Assembly (NCBI GenBank): GCA_035700105.1 | Contig: DASSOZ010000008.1 | Coordinates: forward strand, 3,385-67,384 | Origin: Acidimicrobiales bacterium | Lineage (GTDB): Bacteria > Actinomycetota > Acidimicrobiia > Acidimicrobiales > DASSOZ01 | Reading direction: 5' to 3' | Length of the DNA: 64,000 nt | In this document: positions 53,391 to 63,155 of the stretch, one piece after another | How the letters are laid out: every line of letters begins with the position of its first letter | Numbering within the stretch: the first letter of the stretch is position 1 | Made by a program: the position numbers and the translations under genes | The notes under the pieces: generated by a model | Told to the model about the DNA's origin: nothing | Databases searched by the model: none | The model's input: only the letters and a program-made list of their open reading frames with translations

Positions 53391-53693
53391 ATGAGCCCGC
53401 GTGCCGTGCGTCGCGTGGTGATCGCCGTGTTCGTCCTCGGGATCGCCGGGATGATCGCCTTCTCGATCGCCGACAACAACGGCGGCGCGCTCACGTCCGG
53501 TCTGCTCACGGCGGCGGCGTCGCTGTGCCTCATGGTGGCGACCGCGGTGACGCCGAAGCTCGGAGACGACACCGGCGAGGAGCTCGAGTCGCGCATCGGC
53601 GAGCTCGTCGCGCAGGGCGCCGACGAGGGCGACGTCCGGGCGCTCGTCCGGGAGGCGATCGCCTTCGGGCGGACGGCAGATCGAGCGCGTTAG
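53391..53693 (+). CDS. hypothetical membrane protein (two TM helices)
   Basis: Tail of ORF 53067..53693 from ATG 53391: MSPRAVRRVVIAVFVLGIAGMIAFSIADNNGGALTSGLLTAAASLCLMVATAV. Confidence 0.55.
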   Translation: MSPRAVRRVVIAVFVLGIAGMIAFSIADNNGGALTSGLLTAAASLCLMVATAVTPKLGDDTGEELESRIGELVAQGADEGDVRALVREAIAFGRTADRAR

Positions 53694-53827
53694 CGCCGGG
53701 GAGGAGGTGCACGGCGGACGCACCCCCGCCCCGGCGCCGGGAACGCTCGCGCAACCACGGGCTGCGCGTCAACGACGACCCGGCGGGAAACCCTCACGTC
53801 AGCCCGGAACATGCCGATCTATTCCGT

Positions 53828-54055
53828 ATGGCAGCAACGAAGACGTGGACGAGCCGGGCCGTGGAGCGCCCGATCGAGGCCGGGAACTCGGCCACGTGCT
53901 CGCACTGCGGAACGACCGTCAAGTTCATCGCCCGCCAGCAGGGTCGCCAGGTCATCGCCAACGTGTACGAGGACGGCGTCTGGAAGCGCGTCGAGCACTT
54001 CCACGCCGCGTGCTACGCGGAGGCGGGCGAGCCCTACGGCGTCGTCGCCGGCTGA
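53828..54055 (+). CDS. hypothetical 75-aa Cys/His-containing protein
   Basis: Tail of ORF 53330..54055 from ATG 53828: CSHCG...HFHAAC. The region upstream is locally AT-richer. Confidence 0.55.
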   Translation: MAATKTWTSRAVERPIEAGNSATCSHCGTTVKFIARQQGRQVIANVYEDGVWKRVEHFHAACYAEAGEPYGVVAG

Positions 54056-55725
54056 CCCACCGGCGTCACAGGCGCCGCCGCTGCCACGGGCAGCGTGAAC
54101 GAGAACGACGCACCACCGGTCGGCGCCGAGTCGACGGCGATCGTGCCGCCCATCCCCTCCACGAGGCGACGGGCGATGAACAACCCGAGCCCGGCACCAC
54201 CGACCGTGCGCGTCAGGTGGTTGCCGAGGCGTGTGAACCGCTCGAACACCTTCTCGCGCTCGCCCGGGTCGATGCCGGGCCCGCGGTCCGTGACGCTCGT
54301 GACGACCTCAACCGGGCCGCCCTCGCGCGCCGTGCGGGCGGGCCGGAGCGCGATCGTCACCGATACGGGGGCGCGCGGCGGGCTGTACTTGACGGCGTTC
54401 GACAGCAGGTTCGACAGCACCTGCTCGGCCCGCTGCTCGTCGACGACGACGTCCGGCAGTCCGGGCTCGACGTGCAGCTCGAACTCACGCGTCGGATCCT
54501 GCCGGCGGAACAGCTCGACGATGCGGGTCGCGGCGCCGACCCACTCGACCCGCTCGGGGAAGAACAGGTGGTCCTTGTCCTGCAACGACGTCGCGTCGAG
54601 CAGGTCCTTGATCAGGCGCTCGAGGCGCTCCGACTGGCGCAGCATCACCTCGTAGAACCGGTGACGCTCCTCGTCGCCGAACGACGCGTCGTCGCGCATC
54701 AGCGTCTGGAGGAAGCCCTGGATCGGTGTGAGCGGCGTACGCAGCTCGTGCGAGACGGTGGCGAGGAAGTCGGACTTGAGGTCGTCGACCTCGCGCTGCT
54801 CGCTGACATCACGCGCCACGACGACGACGCCACCGTCGGGCATCGGCGCGACCGCACAGTCGAGCCAGCGGCGCGTGCCCCGTGCCGCGGCGACGTCGAG
54901 CGCGGAACCCTCGTCCTCGTCGCGTGGCGCGGCGGCGAGCCACACCCGGAGATCGACATCGCGGCCGTCGGCGTCGCGCGCGTCGACGACGTCGCCACAC
55001 GGCCGGCCGACGGCGTCGTCGGCGGTGCGGCCGGTGATCGCCGCCATCGCCGCGTTCCACGACGTGATGACGCCGGTACCGTCGACCGAGAAGATCGCGT
55101 CGCTCGACGAACCGAAGATGTCGCCGAGCAGCCGGCGCTCGCCGGCGGTGCGGGCGTGGAGGTGGGCGTTGTCGAGCGCGGCGGCGGTGGTCGCGACGAG
55201 CAGCTCGAGCGCGCGCTCGTCCTCCGCGTCGTACGGGCGTCCGTCGGGCCGGGGCGACACGACGAGCCAGCGATCGGGGTCGTACGTCGATCGCAGCCGG
55301 CAGCCCAGCTCGCCGCCGCCCGGCGGCGTGGAGTCGAACCGAGCGCGGCCGGTGGCGAGCAACACGCACGCCCGCTCCTCGATCGCCCGCTCCACCTCGC
55401 TCACGCCCATGGAGGAGTGTGCCTGCAGCGCCGCCTGCAACAGCTCGTTCGCCCGCACCCGCTCGAGGCGGAGGATGTCGCTCTCGCGGTGCCAGCGGGC
55501 GACGAGTGTCCAGACGCGGGCACCCGCGCCGACGAGGATGCCGGCGGCGACGATCAGCAGCACGGCGGCGCCGCTCTCGCCCAGCAGCCGCACCGCGCCG
55601 ACACCCGCCGCGAGACCGAGCGCGACGAGCGTCAGGCCGACCACCGGCCCCGTACGGGAACCGGCGGCTGCGTCGTGAGAGGCGACGAGTGCCATCGGTG
55701 CACTGATGTTCGGCGTGTGAGGCAC
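54034..55725 (-). CDS. membrane-anchored PAS sensor histidine kinase
   Basis: TM helices, PAS (SSSDAIFSVDGTGVITSWNAAMAAITG), HisKA FLATVSHELRTPLTPI, HATPase N/G boxes (LSNAVKYS, DRGPGI, GGAGLGL). No response regulator gene is adjacent. Confidence 0.9.
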   Translation of the reverse strand: MPHTPNISAPMALVASHDAAAGSRTGPVVGLTLVALGLAAGVGAVRLLGESGAAVLLIVAAGILVGAGARVWTLVARWHRESDILRLERVRANELLQAALQAHSSMGVSEVERAIEERACVLLATGRARFDSTPPGGGELGCRLRSTYDPDRWLVVSPRPDGRPYDAEDERALELLVATTAAALDNAHLHARTAGERRLLGDIFGSSSDAIFSVDGTGVITSWNAAMAAITGRTADDAVGRPCGDVVDARDADGRDVDLRVWLAAAPRDEDEGSALDVAAARGTRRWLDCAVAPMPDGGVVVVARDVSEQREVDDLKSDFLATVSHELRTPLTPIQGFLQTLMRDDASFGDEERHRFYEVMLRQSERLERLIKDLLDATSLQDKDHLFFPERVEWVGAATRIVELFRRQDPTREFELHVEPGLPDVVVDEQRAEQVLSNLLSNAVKYSPPRAPVSVTIALRPARTAREGGPVEVVTSVTDRGPGIDPGEREKVFERFTRLGNHLTRTVGGAGLGLFIARRLVEGMGGTIAVDSAPTGGASFSFTLPVAAAAPVTPVGQPATTP

Positions 55726-55768
55726 GACGGTCCATAGCCCAGTCGGGCCCTTCTGTGAACGTCAGTGA

Positions 55769-56230
55769 CTAGTCCGCATGGCGGGTCCCGTCGCGCACGA
55801 CGCGCTCCAGGGCCCGCAGTGCCGCCGGTCCGCGCCGCTCGATCTCGCCCTGGAGGTCGACGAACGGCAGCCGCTTCCCGACGTGCGCGGCGAGCGTGAC
55901 GTCGCTCGCCGCTACGCCGTCTCCGGCATCGGTCACGGCGACGACGTCGACGGCGATCTCGATCGGCGAGTGGTCGGGACGCCCGTCGAGCTCCTCGCGC
56001 TCGACGACGACCCGCGCGGGCTCGTCGAACGTCGTGGCGACGAGGCGGACGTCGCGGCCCAGGTCGACCGGTCCGAGCTTCACGCCGAGACGGACCCGCC
56101 AGGCACGTTCGCCGTCGGGCGTCACGCGGGTGACGACGTCGAGCCAGCGCGGCCAGGTCGTCAGGTCGGCGATGACCGCGAACACCGCGCCGGGCGCGGC
56201 GGAGAGGCGGGCGGAGGCGGACGCGCGCAC
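55769..56230 (-). CDS. SRPBCC (polyketide cyclase/dehydrase-like) family protein
   Basis: Tail of ORF 55769..57664 from GTG 56230: (M)RASASARLSAAPGAVFAVIADLTTWPRWLD. Confidence 0.7.
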   Translation of the reverse strand: MRASASARLSAAPGAVFAVIADLTTWPRWLDVVTRVTPDGERAWRVRLGVKLGPVDLGRDVRLVATTFDEPARVVVEREELDGRPDHSPIEIAVDVVAVTDAGDGVAASDVTLAAHVGKRLPFVDLQGEIERRGPAALRALERVVRDGTRHAD

Positions 56231-56263
56231 CAGGTTGATCGTGCCACGTGCGATCCTGGGACC

Positions 56264-57949
56264 ATGCAGCGGGTCCGCACGGCCGGTCTCGTCGCGCTCG
56301 GAGCCCTGCTCGTCGTGATCGTGGGTGCCGGCGCGGCGTGGGCGATCGACGGTCGCGGGCGCGACGGGAAGGTGGCGCGCAACGTGACGCTCGCCGGCCG
56401 CTCGATCGGCGGCATGACGGCGGCGGAGGTGCGCGCCGTCGTCGCGTCGGTGGCGCAGGCGGAGCCGCAACGGTCCGTCCGCGTCGACGTCGACGGCGGC
56501 CGCGGGTTCACCACGACGGCCGGCGACCTCGGCGTCGCCGTCGATCAGGACGCGACCGTGGCGGCGGCGCTGGACGCCGGCAGCAAGGGCACACTGCCGG
56601 GCCGCGTCGTCAGTTGGCTGTGGGGGTTCGTGCGCGACCGCCAGGCACCCGTCGAGGTGAAGATCACGCCGTCGGCCACCTACAGCGCGGTCCGGAGGCT
56701 CGACGTCGGACGAACCGACGCGACCGAGCCGTCGCTCGCCGTGGAGGACGGGAAGCTCGTTGCGGTCCCGGGCAAGCCGGGGCGCGGCGTCGATCCCGCG
56801 CACGTGGTCGAGGCGCTGCCCGACGCGCTCGACCACGGGTCGCCGTCGTCGACGACGACCGTCCACGTGGCGCGTGGCGTCGTACCGCCGCGGTTCCCGG
56901 TCGCTCGAGCGAGCGCGCTGGCCACGGAGGCCGAGCACCTCGTGACCGACGGGCTGCAGGTGCGGGCGGGCGGCACGCGCGCGACCATCCCGGCGAAGAC
57001 GCTGCGCAAGTGGATGGAGGTGCACGACGCCGGCGACGACCTCGCCCTCGGCGTGTCGCCGGACGAGGCGGCCAAGGGCCTCGCCGCGCTGCTGCCGGAC
57101 GCGGGGGTCGAGCCCGTCGACGCCGGGTTCAGCGTGAGCGGCGGCACCGTCGTCATCACCCCGGCGAAGACGGGCACGGCCTGCTGCGGCGCCGACGCGC
57201 CGACTCGGGTGATGGAGGGGCTGCGGGCACCGTCCTCGTCGTCGCGAGCGGTGGACCTGCCCTTGAAGCTCGTCGAGCCGAAGCGCACGGAGGCCGAGGC
57301 TCGCAAGCTCGGCATCAAGGAGCAGGTGTCCACGTTCACGACACCGCACAAGTGCTGCGAGCCGCGTGTCACGAACATCCACCGCATCGCCGACCTGCTC
57401 CGCGGCGTCGTGATCGAGCCGGGCGAGACGTTCTCGGTCAACAGGACGATCGGCAAGCGGACGAGGGAGAAGGGCTTCGTCTCCGCGCCGGTGATCGAGA
57501 ACGGTCAGCACTCCGAGGACGTCGGTGGCGGCATCTCGCAGATGGCGACGACGCTGTTCAACGCCGCGTGGTTCGCGGGTCTCGACTTCGGTGAGTACCA
57601 GAGCCACTCGCTCTACATCTCGCGCTATCCCTACGGCCGTGAGGCGACGATGGGCTACCCCCACCCGGACCTCGAGGTGAAGAACACGACGCCCTACGGG
57701 ATCCTGCTGTGGCCGACCTACACCGAGCGCAGCCTCACGGTGTCGATGTACTCGACGAAGTACTACGAGTCGGTGACGATGTCGGCGCAGACGAAGCGGC
57801 CGCAGGGGACGTGCACCGTCGTGCGCTCCGAGCGGACGCGGGTGCTACTCGACGGTGAGCGCAAGGTCGACTCGACGTCGGCGCGCTATCGCGCCCGCGA
57901 AGGTCTCAACTGCGACGGCTCGCAGGCCCCGCCCCCGAAGGAGGGGTGA
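56264..57949 (+). CDS. VanW-family protein with N-terminal membrane anchor
   Basis: Tail of ORF 55778..57949 from ATG 56264. VanW core: IEPGETFSVNRTIGKRTREKGFVSAPVI..GGGISQMATTLFNAAWFAGL. Confidence 0.85.
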   Translation: MQRVRTAGLVALGALLVVIVGAGAAWAIDGRGRDGKVARNVTLAGRSIGGMTAAEVRAVVASVAQAEPQRSVRVDVDGGRGFTTTAGDLGVAVDQDATVAAALDAGSKGTLPGRVVSWLWGFVRDRQAPVEVKITPSATYSAVRRLDVGRTDATEPSLAVEDGKLVAVPGKPGRGVDPAHVVEALPDALDHGSPSSTTTVHVARGVVPPRFPVARASALATEAEHLVTDGLQVRAGGTRATIPAKTLRKWMEVHDAGDDLALGVSPDEAAKGLAALLPDAGVEPVDAGFSVSGGTVVITPAKTGTACCGADAPTRVMEGLRAPSSSSRAVDLPLKLVEPKRTEAEARKLGIKEQVSTFTTPHKCCEPRVTNIHRIADLLRGVVIEPGETFSVNRTIGKRTREKGFVSAPVIENGQHSEDVGGGISQMATTLFNAAWFAGLDFGEYQSHSLYISRYPYGREATMGYPHPDLEVKNTTPYGILLWPTYTERSLTVSMYSTKYYESVTMSAQTKRPQGTCTVVRSERTRVLLDGERKVDSTSARYRAREGLNCDGSQAPPPKEG

Positions 57950-59217
57950 CAGTAGGTTTGCCGGCCGTGCGGGTCGAGGTGTGCGTGGTCGGCGGGGGCC
58001 CCGGCGGTGCGGCCGCGGCGATCACGCTGGCCCGTGCCGGGCGGGAGGTGCACCTCGTCGACAAGGCGACGTTCCCGCGCGACAAGACGTGCGGCGACGG
58101 GCTCACGACGAACGCGCTCCGGCGACTGTCCGAGCTCGGGCTCGACCCGTCGACCGTTGCGTCCTGGTTCGCGGTCGACGACGTGCTCGTGCGCTCACCC
58201 TCGGGTCGCGTCGTCGAGTTCCCGATGCCGCGGGGCCGGGGTAGCTACGCCGCTGTCGCCCGCCGGGTCGACCTCGACGCCGCGCTGCTCGACGTCGCTC
58301 GCGCCGCGGGTGTCAAGGTGCACGACGGGCACGCGCTGGTCGGCGTCGACGGCGTCGGGCGAGAGTCGGTGACGCTCGACGTCGACGGGCTCGGGCCGGT
58401 CGAGGCGACCTACGTCGTCGCCGGGGACGGGCAGTGGTCGCCGACGGCGAAGGCGCTCGGCCTCTATCCCAACGGCTACCTCGGCGAGTGGCACGCGTTC
58501 CGGCAGTACTTCAGTGGCGTCGGACCACGAGCCGAGCGCGACCTGTGGGTGTGGTTCGAGCCGGACTTCCTGCCCGGGTACGCGTGGTCGTTCCCGCTCC
58601 CCGGTGCCCGGGCGAACGTCGGGTTCGGCATCCAGCGGGGCGCGAAGGTCGCGACGCAGGACATGAAGGACCTGTGGCCGGAGTTGCTCCGGCGGCCGCA
58701 CATCCGCGACGTGCTCGGCGCCGACGCTGCGCCCGAGGCGCCGCATCGCGCGTGGCCGATCCCGGCCCGCATCGACACCGCCGTGCTCAGCGGCGCAGGC
58801 GGCCGGGTGCTGTTCGTCGGCGACGCCGCCGGCGCCTGCGACCCCATGACCGGCGAGGGCATCGGCCAGGCGCTCGACACCGGCATCGCCGCCGCCGGCG
58901 CGATCACCGATGCGGGGCCGGGCGCGCCGGCGTGGGCGGCGTGGCGCTACCGGCGCGACGTCTGGACGACGCTGCGCCGCGACCACCAGATGTCGATGCT
59001 GCTGGTGCGCGCGCTGCAGCACCGCAAGGGTGCGCGCGCCGCCGTCCGCGTCGCCGGTGTCACCCCGTGGACGCGCCGGAACTTCGCCCGCTGGCTGTTC
59101 GAGGACGAGCCCCGCGCGATCCTCGCCACCCCGCGGCGGTGGCACCGCGACTTCCTCGACCGCGACGGCGCCCGCCACTTCGCATCCTCCGACAGAATCG
59201 GAGTTTCGAGGCGCTGA
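57946..59217 (+). CDS. geranylgeranyl reductase-family FAD-dependent oxidoreductase
   Basis: CVVGGGPGGAAAAITLARAG (GxGxxG), DKTCGDGLT, GDAAGACDPMTGEGIG. GTG 57946 overlaps the VanW stop (GTGA). Confidence 0.85.
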   Translation: MTVGLPAVRVEVCVVGGGPGGAAAAITLARAGREVHLVDKATFPRDKTCGDGLTTNALRRLSELGLDPSTVASWFAVDDVLVRSPSGRVVEFPMPRGRGSYAAVARRVDLDAALLDVARAAGVKVHDGHALVGVDGVGRESVTLDVDGLGPVEATYVVAGDGQWSPTAKALGLYPNGYLGEWHAFRQYFSGVGPRAERDLWVWFEPDFLPGYAWSFPLPGARANVGFGIQRGAKVATQDMKDLWPELLRRPHIRDVLGADAAPEAPHRAWPIPARIDTAVLSGAGGRVLFVGDAAGACDPMTGEGIGQALDTGIAAAGAITDAGPGAPAWAAWRYRRDVWTTLRRDHQMSMLLVRALQHRKGARAAVRVAGVTPWTRRNFARWLFEDEPRAILATPRRWHRDFLDRDGARHFASSDRIGVSRR

Positions 59218-59250
59218 ACGGCGGGATACTCCGACTCCGTGGGAGGATGC
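59182..59250. repeat. 69-nt palindromic element, family 2 copy F
   Basis: GCATCCTCC...TCGGAGT...ACTCCGA...GGAGGATGC. Same length and terminal arms as 10071..10139. The reductase stop codon lies inside it. Confidence 0.8.
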
Positions 59251-59262
59251 CGATCAGGGGGC

Positions 59263-60357
59263 TCAGTTGACGGCGACGTCGTGCGGGAGGCCGAGGACGC
59301 GCTCGGCGATGATGTTGCGCTGCACCGCCCACGTCCCGCCGCCGATGGTGAGCGCCGGCGAGAACAGGAAGCCGTAGTCCCAGATGTCGGCCGGCGTGTT
59401 GACCATGCCGGCTGCACCGCGAAGGTCCTTGGCGATCGCCATGATCTTCTGGCCGTGCTCGTCGGCCATCACCTTGCGGATCGACGCCTCCGGCCCGGGC
59501 GCCTCGCCGCGCACGGCGGCGGTCACCGTGCGGAGGCGGATCAGGCGGAGGATCTCCGCCTCGATGTAGAGCTGCGCGAGCCGCTGGCGCATCAGCGCGT
59601 CGGAGGTGTGCGTCTGTGCCAGGAGGTCGTGCGCCGACGGGCCGTCGCCCCACAGTGCGCCGCCGGACGACAGCGAGACGCGCTCGTTGCCGAGCGTCAC
59701 CTTGGCGAGCGTCCAGCCCTCGCCCTCCTCGCCGACGCGCAGCGACGCGGGCAAACGGACGTCGTCGAAGAACACCTCGTTGAACAGGTGGGCGCCCGTC
59801 ATCTCGACGATCGGACGGACCTCGATGCCCGGGGTGTCCATCGGGCAGATGAAGTACGAGATGCCCTGGTGCTTCGCGACGTCGGGGTTCGTGCGGGCGA
59901 TGAGGATGCCGAACTTGGCGGCGTGCCCGTACGACGTCCAGATCTTCTGCCCGTTCACGACGTAGACGTCGCCGTCGCGCTCGGCCCGCGTCGACAGCGA
60001 GGCGAGGTCGGACCCGGCGCCCGGTTCGCTGAACAGCTGGCACCACAGCTCCTCGGCGGCGAGGAGCGGGAACAGGTAGCGGTCCTTCTGCTCCTGGGTC
60101 CCCGCGGCGAGGATCGTCGGGCCCGCCCAGCCGATGCCGATCATGTTCGCCGGCCGGCGCACGCCGGCGCGCCGCAGCTCGTCGTCGACGATGAGCTGCA
60201 GGATCGGATCGGCGTCGAGGCCCCACGGCTTCGGCCAGTGCGGTGCGACGTAGCCGGCCTCGGCCAGCTCGCGCCCGCTCGGCGTCGGGTGCTCGGCGAG
60301 CCACGCCCGCACGTCGAGCCGGCGCGGGTCGTCGTCGGCGGGCAGCTCGAAGTCCAT
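59263..60357 (-). CDS. acyl-CoA dehydrogenase family protein
   Basis: WCQLFSEPGAGSDLASL, GQKIWTSYG, GGGTWAVQRNIIAERVLGLP. Confidence 0.9.
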   Translation of the reverse strand: MDFELPADDDPRRLDVRAWLAEHPTPSGRELAEAGYVAPHWPKPWGLDADPILQLIVDDELRRAGVRRPANMIGIGWAGPTILAAGTQEQKDRYLFPLLAAEELWCQLFSEPGAGSDLASLSTRAERDGDVYVVNGQKIWTSYGHAAKFGILIARTNPDVAKHQGISYFICPMDTPGIEVRPIVEMTGAHLFNEVFFDDVRLPASLRVGEEGEGWTLAKVTLGNERVSLSSGGALWGDGPSAHDLLAQTHTSDALMRQRLAQLYIEAEILRLIRLRTVTAAVRGEAPGPEASIRKVMADEHGQKIMAIAKDLRGAAGMVNTPADIWDYGFLFSPALTIGGGTWAVQRNIIAERVLGLPHDVAVN

Positions 60358-60395
60358 GGGGACGCACGATATTCCCGGCCGCTACCGTGCCCGCC

Positions 60396-62009
60396 ATGTC
60401 CGAGCACGGGTGGAACTTCGCCGACGTGTGGGAGCGGATCGCCGACACGATCCCCGACGCGCCCGCACTGACCCACGCCGACACGCGGCGCACGTGGGCG
60501 GAGTTCGACCGCCGCGCCGACGGCGTCGCCAGGACGCTGCTCGACAACGGCGCGCAGCGGCAGGACAAGGTCGCCCAGTACCTCTACAACTGCAGCGAGT
60601 ACATGGAGTCGGTGTTCGCCACGTTCAAGGCGGGTCTGGCGCCGGTCAACACGAACTACCGCTACGTCGACGACGAGCTCGTCTACCTGTGGGACAACGC
60701 CGACGTCGTCGCCGTCGTGTTCCACGGCACGTTCAGCGAGCGCATCGCCGGTCTGCGCGACCGCGTGCCGCGCATCGTGACGTGGCTGTGGGTGGACGAC
60801 GGCGCGGGCCCGTGCCCCGAGTGGGCGACGCCCTACGAAACGGCGGCGACGTCGGCATCCGAGCGGACGGTGCCGGCCCACGGCCGCAGCGGCGACGACC
60901 TGCTTCTGCTGTACACGGGCGGCACCACCGGCATGCCGAAGGGCGTCATGTGGCGCCAGGACGACCTCTACAACAACTTCAGCCTGGCCATCTGGCACGA
61001 CCCGCCGGCGCCGGACCTGGACGCCGTCACCGCCCGGGTGAAGGAGCGCATCGGTCCGGTCGACATGCCGGCGTGCCCGCTCATGCACGGCACCGGCCTG
61101 TTCAGCGGGATGCAGCAGCTGTGCCAGGGCGGCAGCGTCGTGACACTCACCGCGCGCCACCTCGACGTCGACGAGCTCCTCGACACGATCGAGCGCGAAC
61201 GCGTCAACGTCCTGGCGATGGTCGGCGACGCGTTCGGCAAGCCGATCCTGCGTGCGCTCGACGCCGACCCCGGTCGCTGGGACATCTCGTCGCTGATCGC
61301 GATCGTGTCCTCGGGCGTGATGTTCAGCATCGAGACGAAGCAGGGCCTGCTCAAGCACCACGGCGGCATGCTCATCGTCGACGCGTTCTCCTCGTCCGAG
61401 GCGCTCGGCATGGGCCAGTCGGTGACCGGGCGCGACATGCCGACGCGCACGGCCCGCTTCACCGTCGGCGAGCGCGCCCGCGTGATCACCGACGACGGCC
61501 GCGACGTCGTGCCCGGCAGCGGCGAGATCGGCCGGGTCGCCGTCGGCGGGTTCCAGCCCGTCGGCTACTACAAGGACGAGGCCAAGAGCGATGCCACGTT
61601 CAAGGTCATCGACGGCAAGCGTTACTCGATCCCCGGCGACTACGCGACCGTCGAGGCCGACGGCACGCTCACGCTCATGGGTCGCGGATCCGTGTGCATC
61701 AACACCGGCGGCGAGAAGGTCTTTCCCGAGGAGGTCGAGGAGGTCCTGAAGCTGCACGCTGCGGTGCGTGACGCCGTCGTCGTCGGCGTGCCGGACGAGA
61801 AGTTCGGCGAGGCCATCGTCGCCATGGTCGAGCCGCACCCGGCGGCCGACGTCGACGCCGACGACGTCATCGCCCACGTGAAGGCGCACCTCGCGTCGTA
61901 CAAGGCACCCAAACGCGTCGTCGCGATCGAGACGATCGGCCGCGCTCCGAACGGCAAGGTCGACTACAAGCGGCTGCGGAACGAGGCCATCACCGCAACC
62001 GGCCGCTGA
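60396..62009 (+). CDS. AMP-dependent acyl-CoA synthetase/ligase
   Basis: Tail of ORF 60243..62009 from ATG 60396. LLYTGGTTGMPKGVMW, GDYA..DG.L.L.GRGS..INTGGEKVFPEEVE, PNGKVDY. Confidence 0.9.
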   Translation: MSEHGWNFADVWERIADTIPDAPALTHADTRRTWAEFDRRADGVARTLLDNGAQRQDKVAQYLYNCSEYMESVFATFKAGLAPVNTNYRYVDDELVYLWDNADVVAVVFHGTFSERIAGLRDRVPRIVTWLWVDDGAGPCPEWATPYETAATSASERTVPAHGRSGDDLLLLYTGGTTGMPKGVMWRQDDLYNNFSLAIWHDPPAPDLDAVTARVKERIGPVDMPACPLMHGTGLFSGMQQLCQGGSVVTLTARHLDVDELLDTIERERVNVLAMVGDAFGKPILRALDADPGRWDISSLIAIVSSGVMFSIETKQGLLKHHGGMLIVDAFSSSEALGMGQSVTGRDMPTRTARFTVGERARVITDDGRDVVPGSGEIGRVAVGGFQPVGYYKDEAKSDATFKVIDGKRYSIPGDYATVEADGTLTLMGRGSVCINTGGEKVFPEEVEEVLKLHAAVRDAVVVGVPDEKFGEAIVAMVEPHPAADVDADDVIAHVKAHLASYKAPKRVVAIETIGRAPNGKVDYKRLRNEAITATGR

Positions 62010-62021
62010 GTCGGGCGGTCA

Positions 62022-63155
62022 TCAGGTCGCGAGGGTGAACACGAACGTCGCCCCGCCACCGGGCGACGGTTCCACCCAGATGCGCCCGCCGTGGCGCTCG
62101 ACGATCTTGCGGGCGATCGCCAGGCCGATGCCCGTGCCCGGGACCTCGTCGGCACTGTGCAGGCGTTCGAACATCGCGAAGACCTTGTCCGACCGCTCGG
62201 GCGAGACGCCGACGCCGTTGTCGCGCACGGCCACGACCCAGGTCGCACGGTCGTCGACGTCGGGCGACCGCTCGACCGACACGACGACGTGGAGCGGGAC
62301 GTCGCGGCGGCGGAACTTGAGCGCGTTCGAGAGCAGGTTCTGGAACAGCTGCGCGAGCAACGTCGGGTTGCCGTCGACGACAGGGAGCGCGCCCACCTCG
62401 ACGGTCGCACCCGCGTCGGCGATGGCACCAGCGAGTTGCGCGACGACGTCGTCGACGACGACCCGGAGGTCGACCGGCTGGTGCGTGCGTGTCGTCCCGT
62501 TGCCGACCTGCGCGTAGCGCAAGAGGTCGTGGATCAGCGCGTCCATCCGCCCGACGGCGTTCGTCGTGCGGCGGACGATGTCCCGTGCGTCACCCGACAG
62601 CTCGTCGCCGTGGCGGTCGACGAGGAGCTCGAGGAACCCGGCGACGAGCTGCAGCGGCTCCTGCAGGTCGTGCGACGCCACGTAGGCGAACTCCTCGAGC
62701 TCGGCGTTCGACCGTGCCAGCTCGCGCGCCTGGCGCTTGAGGAGCGCGCTCTTCTCGTGCAGCTCGAGGAACGCCCGGACCTTCGCCTGAAGCAGCCACG
62801 GCTCGAACGGCTTGGCGATGTAGTCGACGGCACCGGTGTCGTAGCCCCGCATCGCATGGTGGGGCTCGCGGTTGATCGCGGTGATGAAGATGATCGGGAT
62901 GTCGCGCGTCTTCTCGCGCGACTTGATGTGCTGGGCCGTGTCGAACCCGTCGAGGCCGGGCATCTGCACGTCGAGCAGGATGAGCGCGAAGTCGTCGGTG
63001 AGCAGGTGCTTCAGTGCCTCCTCGCCCGACGTCGCCCGCACGAGGCGCTGACCGAGCGGCTCGAGGACGGCCTCGAGCGCGAGCAGGTTCTCGGACCGGT
63101 CGTCGACCAGCAGGATGTTCGCAGCGGTGTCGGCGGGGGTGGGGTCGGGAGTCAT
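62022..63155 (-). CDS. hybrid response-regulator receiver / histidine kinase
   Basis: ATG 63155: ILLVDDRSENLLALE..LILLDVQMPGLDGF (REC), coiled coil, FAYVASHDLQEPLQ (HisKA), LLSNALKF, DNGVGV, GTGIGLA (HATPase). Confidence 0.9.
   Translation of the reverse strand: MTPDPTPADTAANILLVDDRSENLLALEAVLEPLGQRLVRATSGEEALKHLLTDDFALILLDVQMPGLDGFDTAQHIKSREKTRDIPIIFITAINREPHHAMRGYDTGAVDYIAKPFEPWLLQAKVRAFLELHEKSALLKRQARELARSNAELEEFAYVASHDLQEPLQLVAGFLELLVDRHGDELSGDARDIVRRTTNAVGRMDALIHDLLRYAQVGNGTTRTHQPVDLRVVVDDVVAQLAGAIADAGATVEVGALPVVDGNPTLLAQLFQNLLSNALKFRRRDVPLHVVVSVERSPDVDDRATWVVAVRDNGVGVSPERSDKVFAMFERLHSADEVPGTGIGLAIARKIVERHGGRIWVEPSPGGGATFVFTLAT

Noticed and set aside
49747-53394. 1215-aa forward ORF antisense to kgd; similar giants at 12706..14313, 14048..16102, 23776..26139, 26711..28834 and 37885..40203
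   Set aside because: They have no recognisable motifs, an extreme Arg/Gly/Asp composition, and each is exactly antisense or offset to a gene with strong family signatures. Only the last 69 codons of 14048..16102 are real (rpmB).
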